Positions 8,787 through 21,000 of a stretch of DNA of 64,000 nucleotides are shown in pieces. The first letter of the stretch is position 1. Every line of letters starts with the position of its first letter. The notes below the pieces were generated by a model that was given only the letters and a program-made list of their open reading frames with translations, was not told the DNA's origin and did not search any database. The stretch is from a virus. Taxonomy: Duplodnaviria > Heunggongvirae > Uroviricota > Caudoviricetes. The stretch lies in IMG/VR virus record IMGVR_UViG_3300032321_001382; one strand, 5' to 3'. Both the position numbers and the translations under genes were made by a program.

Positions 8787-9044
8787 ATGAATAAAAAAAT
8801 TATAATTATAACTTCGTCTGTATTAGGAGCAGCTATATTGGGATTTTTTGCATATAGACTATATTCTAGGTGGAATAAAGAAGTAATAAGCGATGGCAAC
8901 ACTACTATTTTGGTTTCAAAAAATGAACCTAGTAATGTTGAAGTAGTTGATTCTTCTGGAGAAGCTATTGGAGATGTTAAAGAAACAACATATCCAGAAG
9001 ACTTACAACAATTTGAAATTCAAAGCGGAATGGGAGACTATTAA
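8787..9044 (+). CDS. N-terminally anchored small protein
   Basis: 85 aa; IIIITSSVLGAAILGFFAYRLY TM. Confidence 0.45.
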   Translation: MNKKIIIITSSVLGAAILGFFAYRLYSRWNKEVISDGNTTILVSKNEPSNVEVVDSSGEAIGDVKETTYPEDLQQFEIQSGMGDY

Positions 9045-9056
9045 AATATATATATT

Positions 9057-9581
9057 ATGAAAGGAGATACAATTAAATATTACAATGGCTTACCACAATG
9101 GGCAAGAGGAATCGTTGTCGTTGGTGGATTAGTTATTGGATACATAGCAGTAAATGCTGTTATTAAAAAAATAACACAAAACAAAAAAGATGCATCTGCT
9201 CTACAAGAAATAAGTACAGCTAGTGGAGACTTAAACTCTGTTATTGCTAGTGGTACAAATCCTACTTTGAATAATTCTCAACTAGAGGCTATGTCAAGTG
9301 CTATAATTGAGGCATCTAATGGTTGTGGAACGGATAATAATATGATTTTTGCAACATTTTCAAAGATTAAAAACGATGCTGATATATTATCTTTTATTAA
9401 AGTTTTTGGATTAAGAAAAAAGACTAGATGTCCTTTTACTTCTGATACTATGGAAAGCTTTTGGTCTAATTATACTACTCCAATGTCTTTATCGGCTATG
9501 GTTAATAGTGAGTTAGACACAACTGAAATTCAAAAAATTAATGATGGATTTTTAGCAAAAGGAATGAAATATCAATTTTAA
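9057..9581 (+). CDS. N-terminally anchored protein
   Basis: 174 aa; WARGIVVVGGLVIGYIAVNAVI TM. Confidence 0.5.
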   Translation: MKGDTIKYYNGLPQWARGIVVVGGLVIGYIAVNAVIKKITQNKKDASALQEISTASGDLNSVIASGTNPTLNNSQLEAMSSAIIEASNGCGTDNNMIFATFSKIKNDADILSFIKVFGLRKKTRCPFTSDTMESFWSNYTTPMSLSAMVNSELDTTEIQKINDGFLAKGMKYQF

Positions 9582-9591
9582 AAAAAATATT

Positions 9592-9894
9592 ATGGTAAAT
9601 TTTATTGATGAAGAAGGCTATGTGATTCCAGAACCTCCAATTCCAGAAGAAATGCATCCTTATGACCCTATAGATGATAGTTGGTTAAAAAGAATGACAG
9701 ATTCTGGTGTAGTTCGTCCTGATGATTTAATTACACCTACTCCTATGGCAGTATCTTCAGCGGTTGAAACACCTCCTCAAGTAGAAACTATCTTAGGAAA
9801 TGGGTTAACAAATTCTCAGAAATGGTCTTGGGTAATAGGTCTTACTTTTGCGGCTTGGGCTTTATTATATTGGTCTCAAAAAAAATCAAATTAA
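9592..9894 (+). CDS. C-terminally anchored acidic/Pro-rich protein
   Basis: 100 aa; C-terminal WSWVIGLTFAAWALLYWSQKK. Confidence 0.5.
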   Translation: MVNFIDEEGYVIPEPPIPEEMHPYDPIDDSWLKRMTDSGVVRPDDLITPTPMAVSSAVETPPQVETILGNGLTNSQKWSWVIGLTFAAWALLYWSQKKSN

Positions 9895-10349
9895 TGTCAA
9901 AAAGTACAACTTTAATAGTAGCGGCTATAGGTTTGGGTGGATTAGGCTATTTCCTTTATAAAAAAGGGTTATTTTCTAACAAATCGGCAACTTCAGTAGT
10001 GACAGATACTAAAGTAACACCAAATCCCGCCCCAAATCCAACTATAAAAAACCCTATAACTTGCCCTAGTGGTTCTAAGTTGCAGTTGGTGGACATTAAT
10101 TGTAATGGTGCTGATTGTGAGGTGCATTGTGTGGCAATACCAGCCCCTCCAGAGAGAAAAATAATGCCAATAGACCCAATAGTAAATATGTACCCAATAG
10201 ACCCTATTGAGGTTGTAATAGACCCTTATGTTGGTAAGCCATCTTTACAGAATCAAGTTCCAGTAACTACATACACAAACGACCCATTTATTAATAATAA
10301 CAATAATTGGTCAGTGAATAAGAATCTTAATCAATTATTATATTTATAA
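9894..10349 (+). CDS. signal-anchor paralog family member (MSKSTTLIVAAIGLGGLGYFLYKKG) with PIDP repeats
   Basis: Track ORF 9822..10349 trimmed to the ATG at 9894, which overlaps the upstream stop as TAATG. Cys-containing ectodomain with PIDPI repeats. Confidence 0.55.
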   Translation: MSKSTTLIVAAIGLGGLGYFLYKKGLFSNKSATSVVTDTKVTPNPAPNPTIKNPITCPSGSKLQLVDINCNGADCEVHCVAIPAPPERKIMPIDPIVNMYPIDPIEVVIDPYVGKPSLQNQVPVTTYTNDPFINNNNNWSVNKNLNQLLYL

Positions 10350-10358
10350 AATAAAAAA

Positions 10359-10715
10359 ATGGAAAAAAATACAAAAATAATACTAGCAATTGCAGTAGGC
10401 GGATTGGGATATTATCTTTATAAAAAAGGATTTTTCTCAAAAAAAACAGCTAATACATCAGTGGTGACAACACCAGAAGCCGTTTCAGAACCAACATATC
10501 CAATGGGTATTGGAAAAGATGGCTCTAAATTCCCATTATCTGAAGGAGATTATGTTGCTAATGGACAAGAAACTGCTATTTTATATGGTGGCGAATTAAG
10601 ACCTATAACAGCGGCGTATGCAGCAAAATATGCGGGTGGAACTTGGGAAAGAACTAAGATTTTAGATAATATTGTATATAGTAGTATACCTCGTGGAGCG
10701 GTATTAGACGCATAA
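10359..10715 (+). CDS. signal-anchor paralog family member (MEKNTKIILAIAVGGLGYYLYKKG)
   Basis: 118 aa; the leader and N-terminus (LYKKGFFSKKTA) are near-duplicates of the upstream paralog. Confidence 0.55.
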   Translation: MEKNTKIILAIAVGGLGYYLYKKGFFSKKTANTSVVTTPEAVSEPTYPMGIGKDGSKFPLSEGDYVANGQETAILYGGELRPITAAYAAKYAGGTWERTKILDNIVYSSIPRGAVLDA

Positions 10716-10725
10716 TTTATAAAAA

Positions 10726-11226
10726 ATGAAAAAAGGTCTGACAGCATTGGCAATAGTTGGAGGTATATCCTTATTTGGATATGCTATTTATAGGTATTTT
10801 GTAAAACAAGTTGATTTATTAAAAGAATTCAGCTGGAAAGTCATTGATTTTAGTTTCGATGTGGCAGATTTGCAAGTTATAAAAGGGGTTATTAAATTTA
10901 GATTTGCAAGTATTGCTGACCTAGAACTAACAATTAGCAAATTTTACTTGGATGTTTATATAAATGGTGATAGAGTTGGTTATATTGAGGATGTAAGTAC
11001 ATTTATCATACCAGCACAAGGATATAACGATATACCATTTTCATATACTATTAATCCTCAATATGTTATAAAGAATATAGTAGATATTTTAGCTTACTCA
11101 ACTAAGTTAAAAGATGCTATTATAACCTTTGATGGATATGCTCAAGTAAAGAGTGGATTTATTAGTGCAACAATTCCAATAAAAAGTAATTGTTCTGTAA
11201 AAAATATGGAGTGTACAATGGCTTAA
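10726..11226 (+). CDS. N-terminally anchored protein
   Basis: 166 aa; LTALAIVGGISLFGYAIYRYF TM. Confidence 0.5.
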   Translation: MKKGLTALAIVGGISLFGYAIYRYFVKQVDLLKEFSWKVIDFSFDVADLQVIKGVIKFRFASIADLELTISKFYLDVYINGDRVGYIEDVSTFIIPAQGYNDIPFSYTINPQYVIKNIVDILAYSTKLKDAIITFDGYAQVKSGFISATIPIKSNCSVKNMECTMA

Positions 11227-11286
11227 ATATGATATAATTATCGTATTTTAGCAACACATATTAGTGAAATTAAAAAAAGTATAAAA

Positions 11287-11715
11287 ATGATAGATTTTAT
11301 CCAAAAAGAAACTAAAGAAATTATGTATAAGTGTTGCGAGAGATACGCAAAACAGAAGGTAAGGGGAGTACAAAGTGTTCAGTTGATACTAGGATTAGAT
11401 GAGAAGGGGAATACTTATACGATGTGTGAAGATTATGTGAGAAAAGAAAACTATGACATATTGCAAGTTCTTGGTGTTCCCGTTGACTTTTTAGGTTATA
11501 GTCAATTAGCGCCTCCTTTCATACTAAAGTCTTTAGTTAGATTTTCGGAAGAGTACAAAATACCATTAGAAAAAACTCTAGTGATGTGTGTACCAACAAA
11601 AAACGAGAAAGGCAAAAATGATATTTTGCTTTTTGTATATAAGGGTAATGAATATGTTAAAACCATAAACTTTGATGACTTGTTTAGGGAAGAAGACTTT
11701 GAGTTGCCGACATAA
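11287..11715 (+). CDS. hypothetical protein
   Basis: 142-aa ORF with no recognisable motif. Confidence 0.45.
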   Translation: MIDFIQKETKEIMYKCCERYAKQKVRGVQSVQLILGLDEKGNTYTMCEDYVRKENYDILQVLGVPVDFLGYSQLAPPFILKSLVRFSEEYKIPLEKTLVMCVPTKNEKGKNDILLFVYKGNEYVKTINFDDLFREEDFELPT

Positions 11716-11732
11716 AATAAAAATAAAATAAA

Positions 11733-11996
11733 ATGACATTTTTTACTAAAACATTAACTGAAGGAACATTCGTATTATCAGCATCTGAAGGAGCAAGCAT
11801 GATTAGTATTCAACCACAGACATCCTCTAGTTGTACTTTCATAGGAAGTGGTACATACAATGGCGCATCTTCATCTGCAATAACAATAAGTAATAATAAT
11901 ACTCTTACAATAAGCTCTTCTAGTCCAACTTCACCTCTTAATGGTATTACCATTACATGGGTAAGTGGAACTATTGATATTATTGTAGGATTTTAA
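11733..11996 (+). CDS. Ser/Thr-rich small protein immediately upstream of the giant fibre gene
   Basis: 87 aa; S/T-rich. Confidence 0.45.
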   Translation: MTFFTKTLTEGTFVLSASEGASMISIQPQTSSSCTFIGSGTYNGASSSAITISNNNTLTISSSSPTSPLNGITITWVSGTIDIIVGF

Positions 11997-12006
11997 AATA
12001 TAAAAA

Positions 12007-15000
12007 ATGGCATTAACTAATTTTGGATTTACTAGTGGTGGTTGTGGAATAGATTGTGTAGGGTTAACCTCTGTGGGTTTAACTACACCAAGTGCATTTT
12101 GTGTACCCAATTCTCCATTGACAGCAAACGGCAATTTGAATTTATGTGGTGCTGGTTCTGCAACTCAATATATTAGAGGAGATGGTACCTTAGCCGATTT
12201 TCCAAATATTGGTGGGGGTGGTGGAGAGGTATTCTTTTTTAATGGCAATACTTCTCAAGGTTCTATTGGTGGAAATACATATTATCAATTAGGTACTACT
12301 GCTGGTACTGGCGCTGCTGCTAATTTTTCAGTTACTGGAGATGCGGTTTTAGCTAGATTTATCACAAATGCGAATGTTCCAAATCAAATTTTAATGCCAG
12401 CGGGTAACTGGTTCTTTTCTGCATATTTCTCAGTAACAAGTAGTGCAAGCAACCCAATTGTAACAGCTACTATTCAAAAATATAATGGTGCTACATTTAC
12501 AACATTAGCAACATCTACATCGGAAGTCATTACTAATGGAACTGGTATTGAAATATATAATTTTGCAGCTTCTATTGCTGATAGTGCTCTATTAGCTACA
12601 GATAGAATAGCAATTACATTTACTACTTCTAGTACTAGTGGTAGTACAATGACATTGTATACTGAAAATTCTCATATAAGTCAAGTTGTAAGTACTTTCC
12701 CAACAGGAATATCTACTTTAAATGGATTGACTTGCAATTCTCAAAATTTTTGTACAACTACTTGTGGTACAGATTTTACAATATGTTCTAGTGGGTCAAC
12801 TCATTGTTGGAATATTCCAAATGCCTCTTGTACATCAAGAGGTTTATTAAGTTGTACCGACTATGCTTCGTTTGCATCAAAACCAATCGTTGTTGGTTCT
12901 GGATGCAATTCTACATTAAGATGTGGTGTTAATAATTTAGCTTGTGGTATTGCTAGTGCCTCTTTAGGTGGATGCAATAATACTGCTAGTGGAAATTATT
13001 CATTTGTAGGTGGTGGTTTTTGTGTTAATGCGGTTGCATTAAATTCAACAATAGGAGGGGGTAGTACAATTTTAGCTAGTGGATGTGGTTCAGCAATTCT
13101 AGGTGGTAAAAGTAATACGGCTAGTGGAAATTACTCAGCTATTTTAGGTGGTCAATGTAATACAGCATCAGCTGCATTTAGTGGTGCATTTGGTTGCAAC
13201 TTAACTGCTTGTAATGCTTGTACTTTTTATACAAATAATTTATGTGCTTGTGGTAGCTTATATACTTCTGCAGTAACTAGTGGTTGTGCAGCTTGTGTTT
13301 CTACTAATGGTCAAATTATTGGGTATACTCCAACGGTTGCAACCCCAGCTATTATAGTTGTAGGGGCTGGAGCTAATTCTACAATTAGGTGTGGTGTTAA
13401 TAATACTGCTGCTGGAATTGCTGCCGCTGCTTTAGGTGGATGTAATAATTCAGCTGTTGGGGCTAATACATTTGTAGGTGGCGGTAATTGTAATATTGCT
13501 TGTAACGCTTGTAGTATTGTTGTTGGTGGTCTATCTAACATATCTTGTGCCGCTTATTCATTCATAGGTGGTGGTAATCTTAATTGCACTGACACTGGGG
13601 TTGCCGCAGTTGTTGTTGGTGGTACGAGTAATTCAGCCCCTAGTGCTTGTACATTTATAGGTGGAGGTCAAGGCAATTCAACTCAAGGTATATATTCATC
13701 TATAACTGGCGGTTATCTTAACACAACTAATGGCGCTTGTTCAAATGTAGGTGGTGGATTTAATAACATAGCTAGATGTGCGCTTTCAAGCGTATTAGGT
13801 GGAACTGGTAACACAGCTTGTGCAAACTGTTCAGTTGTATTAGGTGGTTCTAATAACGCAACACGAGAAACTGGAGCATTTTCTGCCGTATTAGGTGGAA
13901 GTGGTAATCAGGCTTGTTGCAATTATACTGCCGTATTTGGATGCAATATGTGTAATACACAGCCTTGTACTTTTATGGCTAACAACTTTGTTGTTGGCGA
14001 CTTTGTTGGTTGTGGTGGGTGTTCTTTAGCCTTAGATGCTAATGGAAAAATATGCCTTGGTGCGGCTGCATCTCCTTCAATTATAGTTGCTGGTGCTGGA
14101 GCTAATTCAACAATAAGATGTGGTGTTAATAATACTGCTGCTGGCATTGCTGGTGCTGCATTAGGTGGATGTAATAATTCAGCTATTGGGGTAAATGGAT
14201 TTGTAGGTGGCGGTAATTGTAATATTTCTTGTGGTGCTTGTTCTTCAGTATTAGGTGGATTTACTAATAAAGCTTGTGGGGCTTTTTCAAGTGTAGGTGG
14301 TGGTAGAAGTAACACATCAACTGGATGTGATTCATCAATAGGTGGTGGTGCTAGTAACACAGCTAGTGCTTATAGGTCAACAATAGGTGGTGGTGGTTCT
14401 AATACAATCAATAGTGGTACTGCAACAACAATTGGTGGTGGTAGAAGTAATACTATTACAACTGGATTTGGTGATTCAACAATTGCGGGTGGTAGAAGTA
14501 ATACAATCTCTTCTACATACGGCTCAACAATAGGTGGAGGTTGTTCTAATGTAATAAGTGGTAGTAGTTCAGTAATAAGTGGAGGTTATGGTGGTAATAC
14601 CGCTTCTACATATACAGTGATTGGTGGTGGTCTTTATAATTGTATAGGCGGTACTGGAGCTTGGGGTGCTGTACTTAGTGGTGTGAATAATTGTATGTGT
14701 GCTGGTAATGTATTTTCAGTAATTGGTGGTGGTAATGCACATATTATTTGTAATAGTGTTTGTGGTGGAGCGATATTTGGTGGTAAAGCAAATACGGCAT
14801 CGTGTAATTATTCTTCTATATTAGGAGGTTTAACTAATAGAACTGATGGAGTTTACTCTGCTGTATTAGGTGGTTGTAACAATACGGCATCTTGTAATTA
14901 TACTGGTGTATTTGGTTGTAATTTATGCAATACGCAAGCGTGTACATTTATGTCTAACAACTTTGTTGTAGGCGACTTTGTAGGCTGTGGTGGTTGTTCA

Positions 15001-18000
15001 CTTGCCTTAGATGCTAATGGTAAAATGTGTATTGGAGCAGCTGCTTCTTCTATTATAGTTGTAGGTGCTGGAACTAATTCTACGGTTAGATGTGGTGTTA
15101 GTAATTCAACTTGTGGTACTGCTAGTGCGGCACTAGGTGGGTGTAATAATTCTGCTTCAGCAAATTATGGATTTATAGGTGGGGGTAATTGTAATAGTGC
15201 AGCTGGAACATTTTCTGCCGTAGTTGGTGGGTGTAATAATTGTGCAGCTAGTAATAGAGATTTCGTTGGTGGTGGTAGTGGTAACACAGCATCAGGAACT
15301 TATAGTTTTGTTGGTGGTGGGTGTAATAATTCAGTTAGTGTCTGTGGAAGTAATTCCGTTATAGTTGGTGGACAAAACAATAGTGCAACTGGTGGTAGAG
15401 GATTTGTTGGCGGTGGTTTATGTAACACTTCATCAGGAAATTGTTCTTTTGTAGGTGGTGGATTTACTAATATAGCTTGTGGAGTTTTTTCATTCGTAGG
15501 TGGGGGTTGTAATAACACAGCTTATGGAAGTAGGTCAACAATAGTTGGTGGATGTTGTAACATAATTTGCGGTTTTAATTCATTTATAGGTGGCGGTGCT
15601 TTAAACACTACAATAGATTCTACTTCAACAATTGTGGGGGGTTCAAATAATTTACTTGCTTGTGCTATTTCATTTATAGGTGGAGGTAATTGTAATGTAA
15701 GTTGTCAATTTCAATCAGTTATAGTTGGTGGTACTCAAAACATAATTGGTAGTAATTTCAATCATTGTCATTCATTTATAGGTGGAGGTAATTTTAATTT
15801 AGTTTGTGGCACAGCTTCTAGTGTAGTTGGTGGTTGCTGCAATAGTGCTTGTAATACTCATTCTGCCGTATTAGGTGGGTGTGGTAATAATGCATCTTGT
15901 AATTACACTGGTGTATTTGGTTGTAATATGTGTAACACACAGCCTTGTACTTTTATGTCTAACAACTTTGTTGTAGGCGACTTTGTAGGATGTGGTGGGT
16001 GTTCTTTAGCTTTAGATGCTAATGGTAAAATGTGTATTGGAGCTGGTGGTGGTGGTGGAATTATAGTTTTAGGTGCTGGATGCAATTCTACTTTAAGATG
16101 TGGTGTCAATAATGCCACTAGTGGTGCATATAGTGGTGCTCTTGCTGGTACTTGTAATGTAGTTTCTGGAGCTTGTTCATTTATAGGAGGAGGAAAAATA
16201 AACACAAGTAGTAATTCATATTCTTCAGTTTTAGGTGGTTTATGTAATTGTGCTGGAGGATTTGGAAGTTCAACTGTCAGTGGTTATAAAAATTGCTCTA
16301 CTGGTAGATATGCTACTATTTTAGGAGGTAATCAAAATACTAACTCTTCATATTATTCATCAATAGCTGGTGGACAACAAAACTTAATATCAAATAGTTA
16401 TAATTCAAATACTGGTGCGGGGTACTATAATCGAATTATTGATTCAAACTTTAGTGTTGTTGCGGGAGGTTATATAAATCAAATTTTTTCATCAATCCAA
16501 AGTGGTATTTTAGGTGGTGGTAGAAATAGAATATGTTGTGGTTGTGTAAACTCTACGATTAGTGGGTATTATGGCTGTCTAAATAATAGTAGTTTTGGAC
16601 AAATTGGCTCTGGTTCTTACAATTGTCAACAATGTGCTTGTAGAAGTACAATTTTAAATGGATGCTATAATAAAATAGGTGGTACTGGTGGTTGTTGCAC
16701 TTTAAATTCCTTAATTGGTGGTGGTGCTTGTAATATTATTTGTTATAGTGATGGTGGTTGTTTTTCTCCAACTTGTAATACTTCTTATGGCGCTATTTTA
16801 AATGGTTGTAATAATAACACTTTTGGTAATTACTCACTAATAGGTAATGGTCTTTGTAATATAGTAAATACTTCATCTTCTTTAACAAATTATGCTGTAT
16901 TAAATCAATGTGTTACTAGTTTTTGCGTTAGTGGTGATTATACTACTCAGTTTTGTGCTGGAAAATGTATAATATTAACTGGTGGTACTGGTGGTTGTAA
17001 TTCATTTGTATGCAATACATCTTCTACATTCTATTTAAGTGGTGATGAGACTTCAACATATATACCTTCTGTTAGACCAGTAATTTTCTATAGTACAATT
17101 AATCCAACTTTTAACTTGTATTGTACTACTGGTTTTAGTAATGATATTTGTGTTTTTGGAGATGTTACTTGTGACTTAACTCAATGGCAAAGATGTGTTT
17201 TATTTTGTAATACAATAACTGGATGTAATTGTGGTAGTTTAGCAATTAATGGTGTAGCTTCTGGATATGGAGGAAATACTTGTTATGTTGGTCCTTATAC
17301 TGAAATTTATGTACCAGCTGGAGTTGATTCTTCATTATATGATACAGTAACATTATGTCAATATATATCTGGTAGTGGATGTGTAACTGCCTCAAGTTTT
17401 GATGGAACAAATACAGCTATAACTGCATCAAACTTTTATGCTGGTGTAAATACTTGTTATAATTGTGTAAATTATTTACCATTTAATACTTGTGTTCCAG
17501 TATCAAGTTCATCTTTTGATTGCGTAAATACTTGTGTTACAATATCTGGTTATTTGTATTGTACTGGTATTTATTCCAATGCAAGCATTTGTTCAGTAAC
17601 TGCTAGTAATTATTCTAGTGTAATAAATGGACAATGTAATATTGTAAGTGGTAACTACTCTACAGCCAATGGATTATGTAATAATGTAAGTGTAAATTAT
17701 TCAAGTGCATTTGGTTGTAATTTATGCAACACTCAGGCTTGTACTTTAATGGCTAACAACTTCGTTATTGGTGACTTTGTAGGCTGTGGTGGATGTTCTT
17801 TAGCTTTAGATGCTAATGGTAAAATGTGTATTGGAGCTGGTGGAGGCGGTGGTGGAATCATCATTGCTGGTAGTGGAACTGATTCTACATTAAGGTGTGG
17901 TGTTGGTAACACTGCAAGTGCAATTGGTAGTGCTTCTTTAGGTGGTTGTAACAACACTGCTAGTGGATGTTATTCATTTGTAGGTGGTGGACAATGTAAT

Positions 18001-21000
18001 ATTGCGAATGCTTGTAATTCTATTATTGTAGGTGGGTGTTGTAATTCACTAAACTATGCTTGTGGTGCATTTATTGGAGGTGGGTATTGTAATTCAAGTA
18101 ATAGTGAATGTTCTGTAATAAGTGGTGGTTATTGCAATGAAATATTATGCAGTAGTAATTCTAATATAAATGGTGGTTTTTGCAATATTATAAATAATTC
18201 TTCTACTAATTCATCAATATTAGGTGGTAGTGGTAATATAGCTTGTGGCGCTTATACTGGTGTATTTGGATGTAACTTAACCAATTGTCAGGCTTGTACG
18301 TTTATGTCTAACAACTTTGTTGTAGGCGACTTCGTTGGTTGCGGTGGATGTTCACTTGCCTTAGATGCTAGTGGTAAAATGTGTATTGGTGCTGGTGGCG
18401 GAGGTGGTGGTATCATTATTTTAGGTACTGGAACTTCTTCTACTATAAGATGTGGGGTTTGTAATGATGCTTTTGGTAATGGTGGTTCTTCATTAAGTGG
18501 ATGTTATAACATTAGTTGTGGTGATTACAATATAATAGGTGGTGGTAAATGTAACCAAACAACTAGTGGTCTTTATAATGTGATAGTTGGTGGTACTCAA
18601 AACTGCGTTTCTGCTTTTGTTAATACAGCCTTCATAGGTGGTGGTCAAGGAAATCAAGTTAATGGAAGTAATGGTACTGTTGTTGGCGGAACTTTCAATT
18701 CTTCTGTTTGTGATGCATTTGTGGGTGGTGGTAATGCTAACACCGCAAGTGGACAATATAGTATAATTGTAGGTGGTCATCAAAACGGTGCTCTTTGTAA
18801 TCACGCATTTATTGGTAGTGGTAACAATCATTTTAATTGTGGTTGTAACTCGGTTATAGTTGGTGGTGCTGAACACCTTGTTTGTGGAAATTATGCATTT
18901 GTAGGTGGTGGTTTATGTAACTCAGCTTGTGGAAATTGTTCAATTGTAGTTGGTGGTTGTAATAATACAGCTTCTTGTAATTATAGTTCAATAGTAGGCG
19001 GACATAATAATATTTCATCAAATCAACATTCTTTTGTTGGAGCTGGTGATTTTAATATTTCTTGTGGTGATTCATCATCAGTAGTTGCTGGTAGATGCAA
19101 TTGTGCTACTTGTGGATATGCTTTTGTTGGTGCTGGTCTTTGTAATACTGCTAGTGGTTGCGCTTCTTCTATTATTGCTGGTAGCGTAAACACTGCAAGC
19201 GGATATTATTCAACAATTAGTGGCGGATATTTAAACACTGCAAGTGCAGCTTATTCAACAATTAGTGGTGGTCATAGTAATATTGCTTCTGGATGCCACA
19301 CATTTATTGGGGCTGGTGATTTTAACTGTGGTTTAAATTACCAATCAATAGTCGTTGGTGGTCAATGCAACATTTCTTGTGGAGATTTTGCATCTATTGT
19401 TGGTGGTTTATGTAATATATCAAGTGGAACTTATTCATCTGTAGTTGGTGGCGGTACAAATAGTGCTAGTGGAGGTTATTCATTCATTGGTGGTGGGTGC
19501 GCTAACTCAGTAATTTGTGGTAATTCTAGTGTTGTAGGAGGTAGTAATAATACAAATTGCCAATCACTTTCGTTCATTGGTGGTGGTCTACTTAATACAA
19601 TAAATATAAATTTAACTGAGTCTAGTTCAGTTCTTGTTGGTGGACAATCTAATACACTTAATGGAAATGCTGCTGTTATTGTAGGTGGTCAATGTAATAC
19701 GACTTGTGGTAATTGTTCATTTGTAGGTGGTGGTAGTGGGAATACGGCATTATGTGATTATAGTGGTGTATTTGGATGTAACTTATGTAACACTCAGGCT
19801 TGTACGTTTATGTCTAACAACTTTGTTGTTGGTGACTTTGTAGGTTGTGGTGGATGTAATTTAGCTTTAGATGCTAATGGGAAAATGTGCCTTGGTGCTG
19901 CTGTATCTGCTTCTATTATAATTTTAGGTTCTGGATGTAATTCTACTTTAAGATGTGGTGTAAATAATTTATCTTCTGGTGTTGCTAGTGCCTCTTTAGC
20001 TGGTTGTAATAACATAGCTAGTGCATTTTATACATTTGTCGGTGGTGGGTGTTGTAACTTGGCTTGTGGTAATTTCTCATCAATTTTGGGTGGATTCTGC
20101 AATACAGCTTCTGGTTATTATGCTGGAGTATATGGTTGTAACTTAACAAATACTCAGTCTTGTACATTTATGTCAAACAACTTTGTTGTTGGTGACTTTA
20201 TACCTAATGGTGGATGTGGATGTGTAGTAAGTATAGATATTAATGGTAAAATGTGCTTACAAGCAGCTTGTGGTGGCGGTGGTGGTGTAAGTCAAATCAC
20301 TGCTGGAACTGGTATTACTATAAGTCCAGCTTGTGGAACTGGTAATGTAACTATTTGTTCTACTGGAAGTGGACCAATGGTATCAGGAAGTGGTTATTGC
20401 TCAATATATGGTAATGGAGGTAGTAATTCAGCTAATGGAAATTATGCATTTGTTGGTGGTGGTCAAGGTAATAATGTAACGGGTCCATACACTACAATTG
20501 GTGGTGGTAGAAGTAATTCTATATCAGTTAGTTTTGGTGATTCAACAATTGCTGGTGGTAGAGGGAATAATATTTATGACAATGCATCAACAATTGGTGG
20601 TGGATGTTCTAATGCTATATGTAGTCCTAGTTCTGTAATTTCTGGTGGTTATGGTGGATGTACTTCTTCTGCATATACGGTAATAGGCGGTGGTCTTTAT
20701 AATGTAGTAGGCGGTGGTGGTGCTTGGGGTGCGGTATTAAGTGGTGTGTCAAATTGTATGTGTGCTGGTAATGTATTCTCGGTAATTGGTGGTGGTAATG
20801 CACATATTATTTGCAATAGTGTTTGTGGTGGAGCCATATTTGGTGGTAAAGCAAATACAGCATCTTGTAATTATTCTGCTATATTAGGTGGTTTAACTAA
20901 TAGAACTGATGGAGTTTACTCTGCTGTATTAGGTGGTTGTAACAATACGGCATCTTGTAATTATACTGGTGTATTTGGTTGTAACTTATGTAACACTCAG

